Notes: a model not told the origin generated them from the letters alone. Positions 36,336-50,235 are shown, counted from the stretch's first letter. The stretch is DNA of 64,000 bases from Octopus vulgaris (GCA_951406725.2 OX597816.1:117180001-117244000); one strand, 5' to 3'. Made by a program: numbers and translations.

Positions 36336-39300
36336 CTAAAAAAAAAAGGTTATCAATGCCTGACATATACTCAGTTTTATAAACTGTAGCAACATATATG
36401 GTCAGTTTTATTACTCAGCTCCACATTACTGAAGTTTTGAGGACACAGAAGAGTTTGCACATGCACTCTTACACAGAAAAAAAAAAAAGATTCGCTTAAG
36501 GGACTACTACTACTAATATGAATCAAAGTGTGTGGGGTGGGCAGCTTATAAATATAAACTTGTGCCATGGCTGAAATACATGGTTATATACATATGCTAA
36601 AAAAAAGTTGCCTGTGAATTGTCCTGATCTCAGTAGCTCCAATGAACCACAAAAATAAATAATGCATAGACAGATGATAGTGGAAAGTCAACTGGTTATC
36701 AGAACAAAATAGGTTGAAAGATGCAAATTTCGAAAGATTTCCACATTTATTTAAACAGCTGGTGCAATATTATGGTTGTTATTTCCTGTAATCTTTTTTT
36801 TTTTTTTTTAGTCCCAAGTCAGTCCTGATCCAGTTGGCCTCTAATCAAATAACTCATTTTTGTTTTTTCTTCTGGGGAGAAGGCCAGATATGGATCCTTT
36901 TTTTAACACGGTTTATTGTGACTGAGGTAGGGGAATTGGCTGCTATTCCTAGCAAAGTAAGCGAAAACGTCGAGACTCTTTTTATCATTGTTGCTGCTGA
37001 AGTTTTAATAGGTTTTTATATCAACAACTAAGTCGGTGAGAATCGGGAGTTTGTAATGTTCATATTTATCATTAAAGGCGTTAGCGACTTGCGGTTAGGG
37101 GAAATGTATTCAGTCACATATTTAAACCAGGTCGCAATCACTACTTGCCGGTAGGGTACTTGCTGGTTTTATTTTTAAACCGTTAAAAGAGAAAATATAG
37201 CATACAGATCTCTTAGGCAGTAACAAGTCGTTCTGTCTCGGAATCGAATTGCAGACTTCATTTGACAATAACTTAATTAACGCCGCACACGTCACAAGTT
37301 TAAAGAAAAAGTGTTTTTTTACAATTATTTACTTAAGTGCTAGCCATGCCTTTCTCAAAGATACTTGCAATAAAAGTGAAATGATTCCAAGTGAGACATG
37401 AAACCAGGTCACGAACACAGTTTGTTGAGAATGTAAACCCATACCATAATGAAGATAAATGATGGGAGGATGCACTATAGTTTCTAGTGACAAGAAGCCT
37501 GAATTTGAGCTGAGGTGAAAGGGTAAAAGAAAGTAGCCGGTTCTCCGCCATTTACCAGCTCAAATTCTACCGCCATAACTGTATTAACGAGAACAGTTAA
37601 TGTTTCCACAAGCATCAAAATTATGAAGTGGTGGGTAATGAGATGCTGAGACATAAATGCCCTTTCCAAAAAGTTATCGCTTAGTCCAAGGTGAGACTTG
37701 ATCGAACAGATTTATGATCAAAGATGTTGATTCCATGACTGTGCAGTCTTTTTTTTTTTTTTAGATAAACATAGTTCAATGAGCCCTTACTTTTTTGTAA
37801 AAAGAGGATCTGGGGAAGATTAGGAATGCTGTCACTAACAGGTCAAGTAACTATGTAGAAGCTTTCTTTTTATATCGTTTCCTAAGAGTTGATGACGGGA
37901 AGGCGGTGTGAACTGAATATGAAAACTGTGTCGCAGATTTTGTTCGTCAAATACACATCCCTGCACTAATCACCCCCGCCACGATGACGATGGTCGAGGA
38001 GGTCACGATGATGAATGCTTATTCTTAAGTCCAATTTGAAGAAATTATATGAAGTTTGCATTTTTACAAGTGATAGGATATGGAAACTTGTGAGTTTTAA
38101 CGCTGACCCTAAAACATTACAAAAAGAAATGAAGTTATAGCATCCCATTTCTTTCCCCCCAATATAACTATCTTTCCATGTTGTCACTGCTGTAAAAATA
38201 ATTGGACACAAGGGACAAGAGTTTAAATACGAGGGTTTCTTGCTTGTTAACTTGAGTTCATTTTCTGAGTGGTTTTCCTTTGCCTTTTCGTTGTTGTTGT
38301 TTTATTTATTTATTTTTTTTTTACAGATGCTGAATACCGGATCATCACTAAAATAAATCAAGATATTTTATTTTCAGCTTACCCAATAGACTTTTTTTAA
38401 TCTAGAAAATGTATCGATCAAAATTTTGGGTTTAAATGTGGCACATCAGAAAAAATCAAGAACTTAGGTTTAAATTTCGTAGTGAATTTGCAAAATATAT
38501 ATATACTCATGTTTTGAGTTCAATTTTCCAGTTAGCATCACCAACTCCACACACACACACACACTATATATATATATATATATTAGTGTGTGTGTGTGTT
38601 GCTGTCCTGTGTTGAGTATAAATAAACCGAAGTTCGGGACAAGAGTTAACTAAACGGACAGACCGACTGTTGTCCTGTACTGACAACGGAGAAATTTAAG
38701 TTTGGATGTAAGTGTAGGTGTAGATCGGTAGTGTATCCAGTGCTGTTCAGTCTGAGAAAGACAGACAGTAGAAAGATATATAAATTAAGGCGCTTAAAGC
38801 GGAAGAAATAAGATATGATAAAGTGGAATGGGTGATGAAGGCAGGCCCATTACCATTCCTCAACAGCACAAACTGGAGTAAAATATATTTCGCCGTTACT
38901 TCTAGAGCCCCTTCCGTGCGAGATGAACTAGACAGAAACCTGTCTAGATATCAGAAACAATAACAAAACCACAAGTGTGGTGGCAGTTACAAGTGTGTGT
39001 CTTTCATCAGATGTGTGTGCATGAGTTGTGTGAAGTGTGTGTATGTGCGCGTGTGATGAGATGCACACACCATTCACTCGTTCTAGCACTCAGACCATGT
39101 TGTATATAAACTCGACTTTCCCTTCCCCTACTGTTGCCGCCCTTCTTTCACAGTTCTTATGGCAGCTTTCACATCGCAGTATGTGAACTTAATATATTTT
39201 TTTCCTGGTCTTCATCACACTAGTGTGTGTATGCGTGTGTGACAGCAGTTTTTTTTCCCTGTCCTCTTTGTTGCTCGATCGCTACTATAACTGTTCGAGT

Positions 39301-39741
39301 GGACTCCAGTTACATATTATACAGATATCTGTTTTGGTTTCGGTTCTGATATCAATGTCAACATTAGCAATAAAAGAGGTAAAAAAAAATTTATCAAAAT
39401 AACGACAGTAGCATTAGTACTGTATGCTAATAATAATAATAATAATAATATATAATTATAATGATTATTATAATAATGCCTGGGAAATCGTTTTAATAGA
39501 ATGTAGAAAAAACAAAAATGATCGGCTTTATTTGCCCAACAATCGGTAAACAATCTAATGCATGCTTTTTGTTTTTGATTTTTACAAAAGGTAACGAGAA
39601 ATTCAGGTGGAAACAGTTATACGAAACGTCCCAAGGGAGCAGAATAAGCCACCCCTTTTCCCCATCCATGAATATACACGTTTTTATACGATATATATAT
39701 ATACACTGCAACCTGTATGTTTACACACACACACACACATA

Positions 39742-39788
<47 letters not shown>

Positions 39789-39862
39789 CACGCGTCTAGC
39801 AAACAGTACGAAATAAACAAAACAACATGAAAGGGGTGTAAAATGGTCAGGGAGTTAGTTAC

Positions 39863-40050
39863 CTTAATCGAGATAATTACTTTCCGAACAATGAACAAAA
39901 ATAAACAAAGTAAACGGCTCGCGATTCAATGTCAACGTCTCGTCGATAATTTTGAATCCATTCTAGCAAAATGTTGAAAAGAGGGGAAAGAACAAGAAGA
40001 AGAATAAAGAGGAGGATGAGGAGAGGAATATAAATAAAATAAAAAAAAAA
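39863..40050 (-). other. candidate first (5' UTR) exon of the minus-strand transcript
   Basis: Begins just downstream of ccggaagt; pyrimidine-rich, CpG-containing leader; short ORF MDSKLSTRR*; donor aag|gtaact. Confidence 0.6.
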
Positions 40051-40115
40051 GGCATTCTACAGTAACTTCCGGTCTACCGGACTTTTCGGAATGTAACAGC
40101 TGCCATTGGTTAAAA
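40050..40115. promoter_or_regulatory. putative bidirectional core promoter
   Basis: ETS-type acttccggt 40065-40073, ccgga/cggaa repeats, reverse CCAAT 40105-40109; A-rich to the left, T-rich to the right; within a CpG-retaining, repeat-poor region. Confidence 0.6.
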
Positions 40116-40129
40116 AAAACGTCTTTTTT

Positions 40130-40388
40130 CTTAATCTATTTTTTTATCATTCTTTCCACCCCTTCCTGCAGCTCGTCCGCTCCGATGACACAATATCAAG
40201 CTGGCAGTTAAAAAATATCTTCAGCTTCACTCTTTCTCCCACTATAATACTGTCTTTGCCTACCCCAACAGTAGCGCTTTGCAAATTATGTCAACACCAT
40301 CGTCGCAGCATAGTTCTCGCCCTTAAATTGATGCTCGTTGATTTATCATTAGGTGTTTGGGGGGATATTTTTGTTATTTTTTTATGAG
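40130..40388 (+). other. candidate first exon of the plus-strand transcript
   Basis: CpG-containing leader; possible donors tag|gtgttt (40352) or gag|gttaac (40388), then T-rich intron-like sequence. Confidence 0.35.
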
Positions 40389-42449
40389 GTTAACACATTT
40401 ATACAACGGTACTTTTTTTCTGTTGTATAAATGTGGAAGAAAATTATGAATTATTACTTTCTTTTGATGTTTTTTTTTCGTTGTTTGAGGTTATGTTTAC
40501 AATAAATTTTAACTTTCTTCTTTATACTTTGTACAGCACAGTTGAAAATGATATGAACATCACATCACATCCCTCACTCGCTTTTGTGGTGATTTTTTTT
40601 ATAAAAGAAATCAATACATTTTAGTTAAAAACCTTTAAATTCATGTTTATATTGTTACATCTGAACTCATATATTTTTCTGTGTGCGAGTATACATATAT
40701 ATCTAGTTCTCGTCATTAATTTTTTCTCTTTCAGTCAGATTTTTATAGATATCTTGAAAATTACATGAACATCAAAACATCCCGTATTCATTTGCTTATA
40801 AATCTCGGGCCCTTTCCATTTGCTGATAAAAAAAAAATGTTGGTCCTTAATCCACACAATTTTTTATGGAGGTCTTTAAATGCATATATATACATCTGGT
40901 CTATCTGTCTCTTACGTTTTCCAGTGGAGGACCAAGGAGGGAAGAAAATAGCGGGTTTATGTTTGTTTTCAGCGTTTAATCTACACACACACACACTTTC
41001 TCAATGAGGTGTTCTACAAATATAGACAACTAAATTAAATCATTTCCACGGATTTCCTCACGCGTGCACAATCATTGTAGAAATTAAGATTTGCAGTTTA
41101 TTCAAAATCCATAAGGCGGTAAAACTCACAATCGTTTAACTTTAATTGTTCCTATTATAGTATGTGTATATAGTAAAGAATGTGTGTGAATTTAGTTGTT
41201 TATTTTTGTAGACAAAACTTAACAAACCAATGAATGAACGTAATGATTCGTCAAACAAGGAACAACAGCCAGTCTCCCTCAAATTAATCCCTCCCATCTT
41301 TCAAAAGCGAATGTTGAAAATGTAGTCATACAATATGTATGAATGAATGGCATGGTCACGGTTGGAATGCTTTGATCTGATCAGCGATTAATCAACAGCA
41401 ACCCCATAATGTAAACAACATACTGATTGTTTTGGGAATAATCGATTGTCAAAATTTTTTGTCTCTTCCTAGAATTGATACTTTTTTCTTGTGACTTTTT
41501 TGTTTCTACATAATTTTCTTTTTCGCCATTCCCATATTTGGGAAGTAAATCTGATATTTTTTTAGTCTCGTTTTTTTTGGCATTATTTTCCAATGCCATT
41601 GAATGGATGTCATTTTATGTGCTTTCGCTTGATGTTTTCTTTTCTTATTTTTTTTTTAACCTGTCAGTTACAATTGATCGTTAATTGGACTTCTATTTTT
41701 ACAGTTTTTGTTTTAGATTTCCATTGCATATAACATATATATATTTGGGGAGAAAGATATAGAAATGAGTGTTTATATATGTATGTGTGTGTACATATAT
41801 ATTAATATTTAGTAGAAGTAACAGTGACTCAAGGACCGAGAGTTTCGTGCGTTGGCACTTAAATGAATGGAGAGATTGCTAGATATATTAATACTAAAAG
41901 ATATACAATATATATATATACACACACACACATCAATAGATATATTTATTTATACATATATTTATATATGTATATATACATATATATTTATATGTGTATA
42001 TTTACACAAACTTTTATAAATTATATGAACAACCAAACACATACACATATATATGCCACAGGTATTGCTGTTCGGTTAAGACGTTCATTTCTCCACCATT
42101 TACTACACCCACCCCTCAACACTTATTTTTCATTCATTATATTCTCCCCCTTAGCCATTCCCCATCTCTCATTCTCTCTTGCATTCTTGCAACGTCTAAC
42201 CACCCACATGCCCTATTCTTCTAGTCCCGCTCATTTCTACTCATATCTTGAGGGTCCTCACAGATACCTCATTATTACCCGTCTTAGCTTCCCATCTCCC
42301 GCCTTCTTTTCTAGAAACCTGTTCTGCTTCCATACTTTAACCCTCATGTAGCATAAAGCCACCTCTTTTTTTTAGTTGATAGTCTTGCAAGTTGCCTTGT
42401 GGTATCACTCATGTTGGTGATCTTTTAAAAAATAACACCTAGTATACTG

Positions 42450-43017
42450 TTGTCCGCTGTGGTCACCCCACATGATACACAATATTATGAAAATTGAAGC
42501 TCCCCAGAGATCAATCACAAAAAAAAAAAATAGCGGACATGACAAGTCTTGACTATTGGGATCAACTCAAAAAGCTCAGGCTTTACTCCCTCCAACGCCA
42601 CCATGAGTGCTGTATCATCTGTATGATGTGGAAAATATTCCATCAACATTGCCCAAATGATATAGGTATCAACTTTAAAATTCATCCAAGGCTTGACCCC
42701 CGTGCCATGCATCCACTACAGAAATCATGTTCATGTCGTATTACAACACTACAACTATTTCACCTCAACTGGCCCTGCTCTCTTCAACATTGTGCCAGCA
42801 ACATAAAGGAGGAAAGTGATTTCACAGCATTTAAACAGTCCCTAGATGATTACCTCCAACAAATACCAGACAAACCACCCACACCTGGAAATAATAACTC
42901 TCTGCTCGAATGGGCTATGGTGCCCAAGAGCTGACTGTGTATCTCTTCCTGGTGGTGCTATTAAATTAGACATGGCCTGGGCCAACTTCAGCCGAAACTT
43001 ATCTAAATAATCTAAGT
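42450..43017 (+). mobile_element. CR1/L2-like LINE 3' fragment
   Basis: MTSLDYWDQLKKLRLYSLQRHHE...FKQSLDDYLQQIPDKPPTPG; tail ttatctaaataatctaagt; same family as 51890-54000. Confidence 0.8.
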
Positions 43018-43243
43018 ATGCACTATAAAGAGGATGGCATTAAGAAGGGCATCCAGCCAAAGAAACAATGCTGGAGTAAACAGTTGAGTGCAATGTAGTA
43101 CTTGGACTTGTCAAATCTTATCAAACTATCTGACACATGGAATTGGAATAATGATGATGATACATGTGTGTGTGTAAATGGATGCCTGAGTAGCAAAGGA
43201 ATGCCTATCATCATGTACTCTCCAGAATCATTAGAGCATTGGG

Positions 43244-43277
<34 letters not shown>

Positions 43278-44179
43278 GCTTTGCAGTAATTGTTCAGCTC
43301 TCTAAATGGACTTCTGCCTACCACTGAAATCACTTACAAGACAGTTGGTGACCTGAAGTTTTAGTAGAAAATACTTGCACATAGTGCTGTTCAGTAGGAC
43401 TGAAACTAAAACCATGAATTTCTTTAGTATATACTGATACAGGCATCTTCCTCTCACCCATTGATTCTGGTTTTCTGCTGCTCCCCTCCTTAATCACATT
43501 TCCTGAATGTAAGTGCACACCTTGATTTCCGGTACTCCCATCTCATATGCTGGCACCACAATAGAAAGCTCTCCACCCAAATGTCCCCTAGAAGGATTGG
43601 GCCGTTAAGGTGACATAAAGTAATGTTGAAATGTCCCTGAGTCTGTCTTTTGGAGGACTTGACAATTTGCTAGATGCTGGTTCCACAAAAAATACATACA
43701 GTACCCCTGTAAATTGGATGAAAATGAACGACACTTTTCAGTGATGAATAACCATGAGATTCAAACTCACTACCTCATGACTGAGCTCTAACCACTGAAC
43801 CATGCACTTTCACCATATATATATAGATATAAATATATACATATGTACATCTTGCTGTATGCCAGATCACTTGCGAAAGTTGACTCCAAATCAAAAGCAT
43901 AGTATGTTTTTCATTGGAGTTTTCATGATTAGAACCTCAGACCAGCTGCTCAGTTTGCCAGCCCACATGGAGGATGTTTTTACAAGGCACAACTTGTATG
44001 GATGGCTGTGGCTCAGAATAATCACATCCAATCTTTGGCAGGTCTTCCTTTTAGTCCTGCAAAGAGTCGACAACACCAGTTTAGTCATCAGCCACCCAAC
44101 TATATAAAACCCATAGTAACTGGGTTATACAGTACCAGTAGCAGGATTTTCCTAACCAGACCATGACATACATATACAT

Positions 44180-44650
44180 ATTCTTTTGTTCTTTTACTTG
44201 TTTCAGTCATTTGACTGCGGCCATGCTGGAGCACTGCCTTTAGTCAAACAAATCAACTAGACTTTGTTGAATAAGATTAGTACTTATTCTATTGGTCATT
44301 TTGCTGAACCACTAAGTTACGGGGATGTGAACACACTAACATCAGTTGTCCGGCGATGGTGGGAGGACAAATACAGACACACAAACGCAGACATATATAC
44401 ATTATATATAAATAATAATAATATTTGAGTTGCCTAATAGTGGTTTTATCTCTAATTTAATTTATATATATATATGTGTGTGTGTGTCTGTGGTTTCTTT
44501 CTGTTTCCGTCTACCAAATCTACTCACAAGGCTTTGGTCGGCCCAAGGCTATAGTAAAAGACACTTGGTCAAGGTGCCATGCAGTGGCACTGAACCCAGA
44601 ACAATGTGGTTGGGAAGCAAGTCTGTTACCGCACAGCCCCTCATACACCT
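44180..44650 (-). mobile_element. family A SINE
   Basis: cttttacttgtttcagtcatttgactgcggccatgctggagc...gtttccgtctaccaaatctactcacaaggctttggtcggccc. Confidence 0.85.
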
Positions 44651-44699
44651 ATGTACATACATATATGTATGTGTGTGTGTATATATATATATATGTATG

Positions 44700-44730
<31 letters not shown>

Positions 44731-45218
44731 TCATGTGTAGATATATATATATATACATACATTATGTATGTGTGTATTTATATGCATACATATGCCTACA
44801 TATATGTATGTATGTATAAAGCATTATCAATCTGCTAACCAAACAAGTCTGTGTTGTTGCACCTAATTTAATGGACTGTGAATGACAACAAAGATGAGGT
44901 GACCTGGATCTTAATTTCTCACATGGAATTGCTGCTGGTGTGCTTACTATGATTGTATCATTCTTATTATTATCACCATCATCATCATCACTATCATCGT
45001 TCTGTTGTCATATGATCATTGTCATTCTTATTATTTTTATTTTGAAGAATTAAACTGTTGCTCAGCTTTTGATATATTCATTCTTCTGTAAAGGGGATTC
45101 ACAATTTTCTAGGGCAAACTACTGCTGCCATTTTATGAGGCCTTGGTAGGATTGTTGTGTGTGTGTGTGCGCACATGTTAGGGATGGAAATGAAAGTGTG
45201 TTAGGATGTTTATTTCAG

Positions 45219-45318
45219 CCTTGCTTTGGTTAAAGCTATGGACTGAATTTCAGCTACAAGGGAAGATATTTATAAATATAGATTTGCCTAAAATATGTTT
45301 AATGAGGCATACCAAATG
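45219..45318 (+). other. candidate internal exon (100 nt)
   Basis: Acceptor tgtttatttcag| and donor atg|gtaaga. Confidence 0.4.
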
Positions 45319-45879
45319 GTAAGAAAGTGCAGTGAATTGTTAAAAAAAATACAAATGAAATGACAATTTTAATCTATTGTTTACCTTTATAAAATAATTA
45401 GTTTTGAAATCATAAATAAAAATTTTTTAAATCAAAATCAGTACTTTGTATTTTCTGCATTGTCGTTTTTTATTATTTGTTATTTAGATTGTTAATCTTT
45501 CTATGTTTAATTCTTTAGCTGTGAAATTTCATGGTTATTCCAGTAATGATGTTAAATATATACCAAAAAATAGAATTGGTATTTTTCTATGTCACATTGC
45601 CTCTATAAACTTGACATGTCTCAACAAAATATTATTTTTAAATACAACATTCCTGAACAAATAACAGATTGCTATTTAAAACTGCTTTCTTCAGTTAAGA
45701 GTAATAAAACTTTGAGCGGATATATCTGATTTCTGCAGTAAAAGGATTGAATAAAATGAAAGTAGAAAGAATTGTTGTTTTATAATACAACTTCCAATTT
45801 ATCCATTAAAATGAAAGCAGATAGATCCTTTCTCATCTCCCTTTCATTCTTAACTTGACCCTAAATATAAAAAAGTAAT

Positions 45880-46130
45880 GAAATCGCACCCCCACCCGGC
45901 AAGAAGCCCCTACTTAGTTACTTTAACTTGTTAGATGTCGCAGCCAAATCTCTCTCAAATCACACTCTCTTGTCTTAAAAAGGAAATGCACATTGGAAAA
46001 TGTATGTCTGGATATAGACCTATGGATAAAAACTAAAAAGATGCTATGGTTATGACTGGAATGCTTTTGATGACAAGACTACATTTTTTTGTCTGCTCAA
46101 CCAGGCCAACGTGAAGTTAAATAAAAATAA
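45880..46130 (+). repeat. dispersed SINE-like repeat, family C (other copies near 36810, 37680, 41265, 54590, 60960, 62170, 63650)
   Basis: Shared cagccaaatctctctcaaatcacac...atggttatgactggaatgcttttgat. Confidence 0.65.
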
Positions 46131-46624
46131 CAGTAAAGATTGTACTGTTTACTTAAGATACTTTAACCCTTTCAACTTCACTTCAAACTAATTGTAACTT
46201 TACTACTGACTGACATGCTGTTACTCATAGACTTATTCTATTTCTGTATATCTCATTTGACATTTCTCTTCTATAATCCTACTATGAGCAGTATAGTGTC
46301 ATAAAAATACTTGTATTTATTTTGGAAGATAGTATTCAATTTTACAAGATTACACAGTTCAAGTTGGCTGACCATAATGTATTGCTCACTCTGATCCAGT
46401 ACCTATAATACATCTCTTAAATTCTTACATACATTTATATATATACATTTATATCATCATCATCATCATCATCATTTAGCGTCCGCTTTCCATGCTAGCA
46501 TGGGTTGGATGGGTCAACTGGGGTCTGTGAAGCTGGAAGGCTTCGTCAGGCCCAGTCAGATCTGGCAGTGTTTCTACGGCTGGATGCCCTTCCTAACGCC
46601 AACCACTCCGCGAGTGTAGTGGGT

Positions 46625-47355
46625 GTTTTTTACGTGCCACCTGCACAGGTGCCAGACAGAGCTGGCGAACAGCCACGAACGGATGGTGCTTTTACGTGTC
46701 ACCGGCACGGGGCCAGGCGATGCTGGCAACGGACACGAACGGATGGTGCTTTTACGTGCCACCGACACAGGGCCAGACAGAGCTGGCAAACGGCGAAGAA
46801 TGGACGGTGCTTTTACGTGTCACCGGCACAGGGGCCAGCCGAGGCTGGCAACGGACACGAACGGATGGTGCTTTTACGTGCCACTGACACAGGGCCAGAC
46901 AGAGCTGGCAAACGGCCACGAATGGACGGTGCTTTTACGTGTCACCGGCACAGGGGCCAGCCGAGGCTGGCAACGGACGCATACGGATGGTGCTTTTACG
47001 TGCCACCGACACGGTTGCCAGACAGAGCTGGCAAACGGCCACGAACAGACGGTGCTTTTACGTGTCACCGGCACGGGGGCCAGCCGAGGCTGGCAACGGA
47101 CACGAACGGATGGTGCTTTTACGTGCCACCGACACGGGGCCAGACAGAGCTGGCAAACGGCCATGAACGGATGGTGCTTTTACGTGTCACCGACACGGGG
47201 CCAGGCGAGGCTGACAACGAACACGAACGGATGGTGCTTTTACGTGCCACCGACACGGGGGCCAGGCAGAGCTGGCAAACAGCCACGAGCGAATGGTGCT
47301 TTTACGTATCACCGGCACGGGTGCCAGACGAGGCTGACAGCGGACACGAACAGAT
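46625..47355. repeat. 12 x ~61-bp minisatellite (alternating A/B units) in the RTE 3' UTR
   Basis: tttacgt recurs 12 times about 60-62 bp apart; units alternate gccagacagagctggc and gccagccgaggctggc. Confidence 0.92.
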
Positions 47356-47404
47356 GGGTCACTTAACCCCTGCTTTCTGATATATGATTTGATTTTGATT
47401 GTTC

Positions 47405-48497
47405 TCACTGGTCTTGCCGGGTCTTCTCACGCACAGCATACTTCCATAGGTCTCGGTCTCTGGTCATTTCCTTGGTGAGACCTAGAGTTCGAAGGTCGTG
47501 CTTCACCACCTCGACCCAGGTTTTCCTGGGTCTACCTCTTCCACAGGTCCCCTCAACTGCCAGGGTGTGGCACTTTTTCACACACCTATCTTCATCCATT
47601 CTCACCACATGACCATACCAGCGCAATCGTCTCTCTTGCACACAACATCTGATGCCTCTTAGGTCCAACTTTTCTCTCAAGGTACTTACACTCTGTCGAC
47701 TATGAACACTGACATTACACATCCAACGGAGCATACTAGCTTCATTTCTCGCGAGCTTACGCATGTCCTCAGCAGTCACGGCCCATGTTTCACTGCCATG
47801 TAGCATGGCTGTTCTTACACATGCATCATACAGTCTGCCTTTTTACTCTGAGCGAGAGGCCTTTAGTCACCAACAGAGCTAAGAGCTCCCTAAACTTTGC
47901 CCAGGCTATTCTTACTCTAGCCGTTACACTTTCAGCACACCCACCCCCACTACTGACTGGGTCACCAAGATAACGGAAGCTATCAACTACTTCTAGTTTT
48001 TCCCCCTGGAAAGTGACGGAAGTTGTTTTCTGCAGATTTTCAGAGGTTAATGCTCCCGAGCATCTGCCACATACAAAAACCATCTTCCTAGTTAGCCTTC
48101 CTATGACATTGCTGCACCTCTTATGTGTCCATAGCTTACACTTGGTGCATCTTATAGAGTTTCTACCTACACCTTTTCTACAGATCGAGCAGGGCCATCT
48201 ACCTGAAGGCGTTTGTGATTTGTCTACCTTCCTACTTATTAGGACTTTGGTTTTAGCTAGGTTGACTCTAAGGCCCTTCGATTCTAAACCATGCTTCCAC
48301 ACCTGAAACTTCTTCTCCAGTTCTGATAATGACTCAGCAATTAGAGCAAGGTCATCAGCATAGAGGAGCTCCCAGGGGCATCCTGTCTTGAATTCCTCCG
48401 TTATTGCCTGGAGGACTATGATAAATAGGAGGGGTCTGAGGACTGAGCCTTGGTGGACCCCTACCTCTACCCGGAATTCTTCACTGTACTCATTGCC
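47405..48497 (-). pseudogene. RTE reverse transcriptase C-terminal region, frameshifted
   Basis: GVHQGSVLRPLLF, LLYADDL, PHD-like CSIC...CTKC..WTHKRC, FRYLG, RRLRWYGHV; one extra T near 47840 relative to the copy at 25961. Confidence 0.92.
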
Positions 48498-48634
48498 AAA
48501 ATATATATATATATATATATATATGAATGTATATATATGTGCGTGTGTACATATATGTATACATGTATGTATGTGTATGTGTGTATATATGTATGTATAT
48601 AGCGATAATATGTGTATATAGATATGCACATATA

Positions 48635-48750
48635 GTCTCTATGTGGTAAGAAGTTTGCATCCCAATCATATGGTTTCAGATTCAGTCCCACTGTGTGGTA
48701 CCTTGGGTAAGCATCTTCTGCTATAGCAGCCCCAAGCTAACCAAAACCTT
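48635..48750 (+). mobile_element. family A SINE head
   Basis: tgtggtaagaagtttgcatcccaatcatatggtttcagattcagtcccactgtgtggtaccttggg. Confidence 0.7.
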
Positions 48751-49844
48751 CTTGATAGAAACAAGCTAATCTAGTGAATATGTATATCTAGCATTTAAGA
48801 GGCTATGCACTTCTCACCAGCATGTCTGCAGAGTCATCAACATTTCACAGAGGCATGAAACCAATGGTAGCATTCTGACCAGTTATATGTCATTACCTAT
48901 AATATATATATATTAATCAATCATCATAGTAATAAATGTGTTGAATCCAGACCTGAAGATTGGGAATATGTCGATCTAATTGAGTATTGAAACTAGAGAC
49001 CTTATATCACAAAAATACCGACTTACTGTCATGAAACATGTGTTGTCTTTAAAATGGAAAGTATGAGATTCTGAATAGATATAGTAAGTATCATATTTAA
49101 TATTTTATGGCTCGGTCAGGTATAATATCTTTAAATATTGATTGAGTTGAGGATGGTTCTGTCTCTAAAACTAATTTTATATATATATATTATGTAGAAG
49201 GGTTAAAATCCAAGCTGTGTACTCTTGAAGTTCATGTGCTTGTTCTAATATTTCAAATGTTATATTTGTGTGAGGTATGTATAAGAGTTGAAAATTCTGG
49301 AAAATATTTTTGGCAGAGTAATTATATCTCAAAGCAGGAGATGAGAAAAAATTTTTGGTATTATTTATTCAACAATACACATGTTTCATTTGCTAATAAG
49401 AGTTACAAAATTGTACATGTCAGAGAAAAGTGTAAGATATCTCCTTCCAGAAATTCTTCAGACAGAAAATCAAATAATACCCTGGCATTATTTGAGTCTG
49501 CATTTGAAGAATTTCTAATAGGAGATATCTTACACTTTTCTCCGACATGTGCAATTTTATAACTGTTAGTAAATGTAACTTATGCAATGGTGAATAAATA
49601 ATGCCAAAATCTTTTCCAATCTTCTGTTTTGATTTATGTATATATATATATATATATACACAATACAAATAAGAACATGGAGAAACAATTTAGTTGGTTT
49701 ATCAGCTTTAGGATATTAGAATGTTGACTTATTTATTTAACAAAACGAGAACCATAATAACATATATATATAATTTGTAACAATCAAGTCTGAGTCAAAA
49801 ATTCTGACACTGGGTATTGCTTCTAAGCAAAACATTATATACAC

Positions 49845-49875
<31 letters not shown>

Positions 49876-50020
49876 TCTAACATAATTATTTTGGGTTCCA
49901 TATGCAAAATCTTCTTTGAAGGATTTGATCAACCAAAGGATATTGCAGAAGATACTTGTTAGAGGTGCCATGTCACAGGACTGAATATGATACCTCATAT
50001 ATATGAAGCAAACTTCATAT

Positions 50021-50051
<31 letters not shown>

Positions 50052-50052
<1 letters not shown>

Positions 50053-50235
50053 CATCATCATCATCATCATCGTTTAACGTCCGTTTTCCGCACTAGCACG
50101 GGTTGGACGGTTCGACCGGGGTCTTGGAAGCCAGGGGCTGCTCCAGGCTCCAGTCTGTTCTGGCAGAGTTTCTACGGCTGGATGCCCTTCCTAACGCCAA
50201 CCACTCTGCGAGTGTAGTGGGTGCTTTTTACGTGC

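Larger units (their letters stand above)
46455..48497 (-). mobile_element. young 5'-truncated RTE LINE (~2 kb) in TA-rich sequence
   Basis: RT C-terminal half, ORF end, UTR array and (GAT)n tail. Confidence 0.95.

Noticed and set aside
38548-38598. (CA)n(TA)n(TG)n palindrome
   Set aside because: Expected by chance given the microsatellite density
46625-47355. CRISPR-like regular repeats
   Set aside because: No unique spacers, no cas genes, eukaryotic LINE context
46505-47380. 291-aa and 247-aa plus-strand ORFs (also 9997-10451 and 24894-25418)
   Set aside because: Antisense read-through of the RTE 3' UTR minisatellite; open in several frames because of repeat composition
47826-48629. 267-aa ORF as an intact gene
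   Set aside because: The N-terminus is translated (TA)n microsatellite fused to a truncated, frameshifted RT
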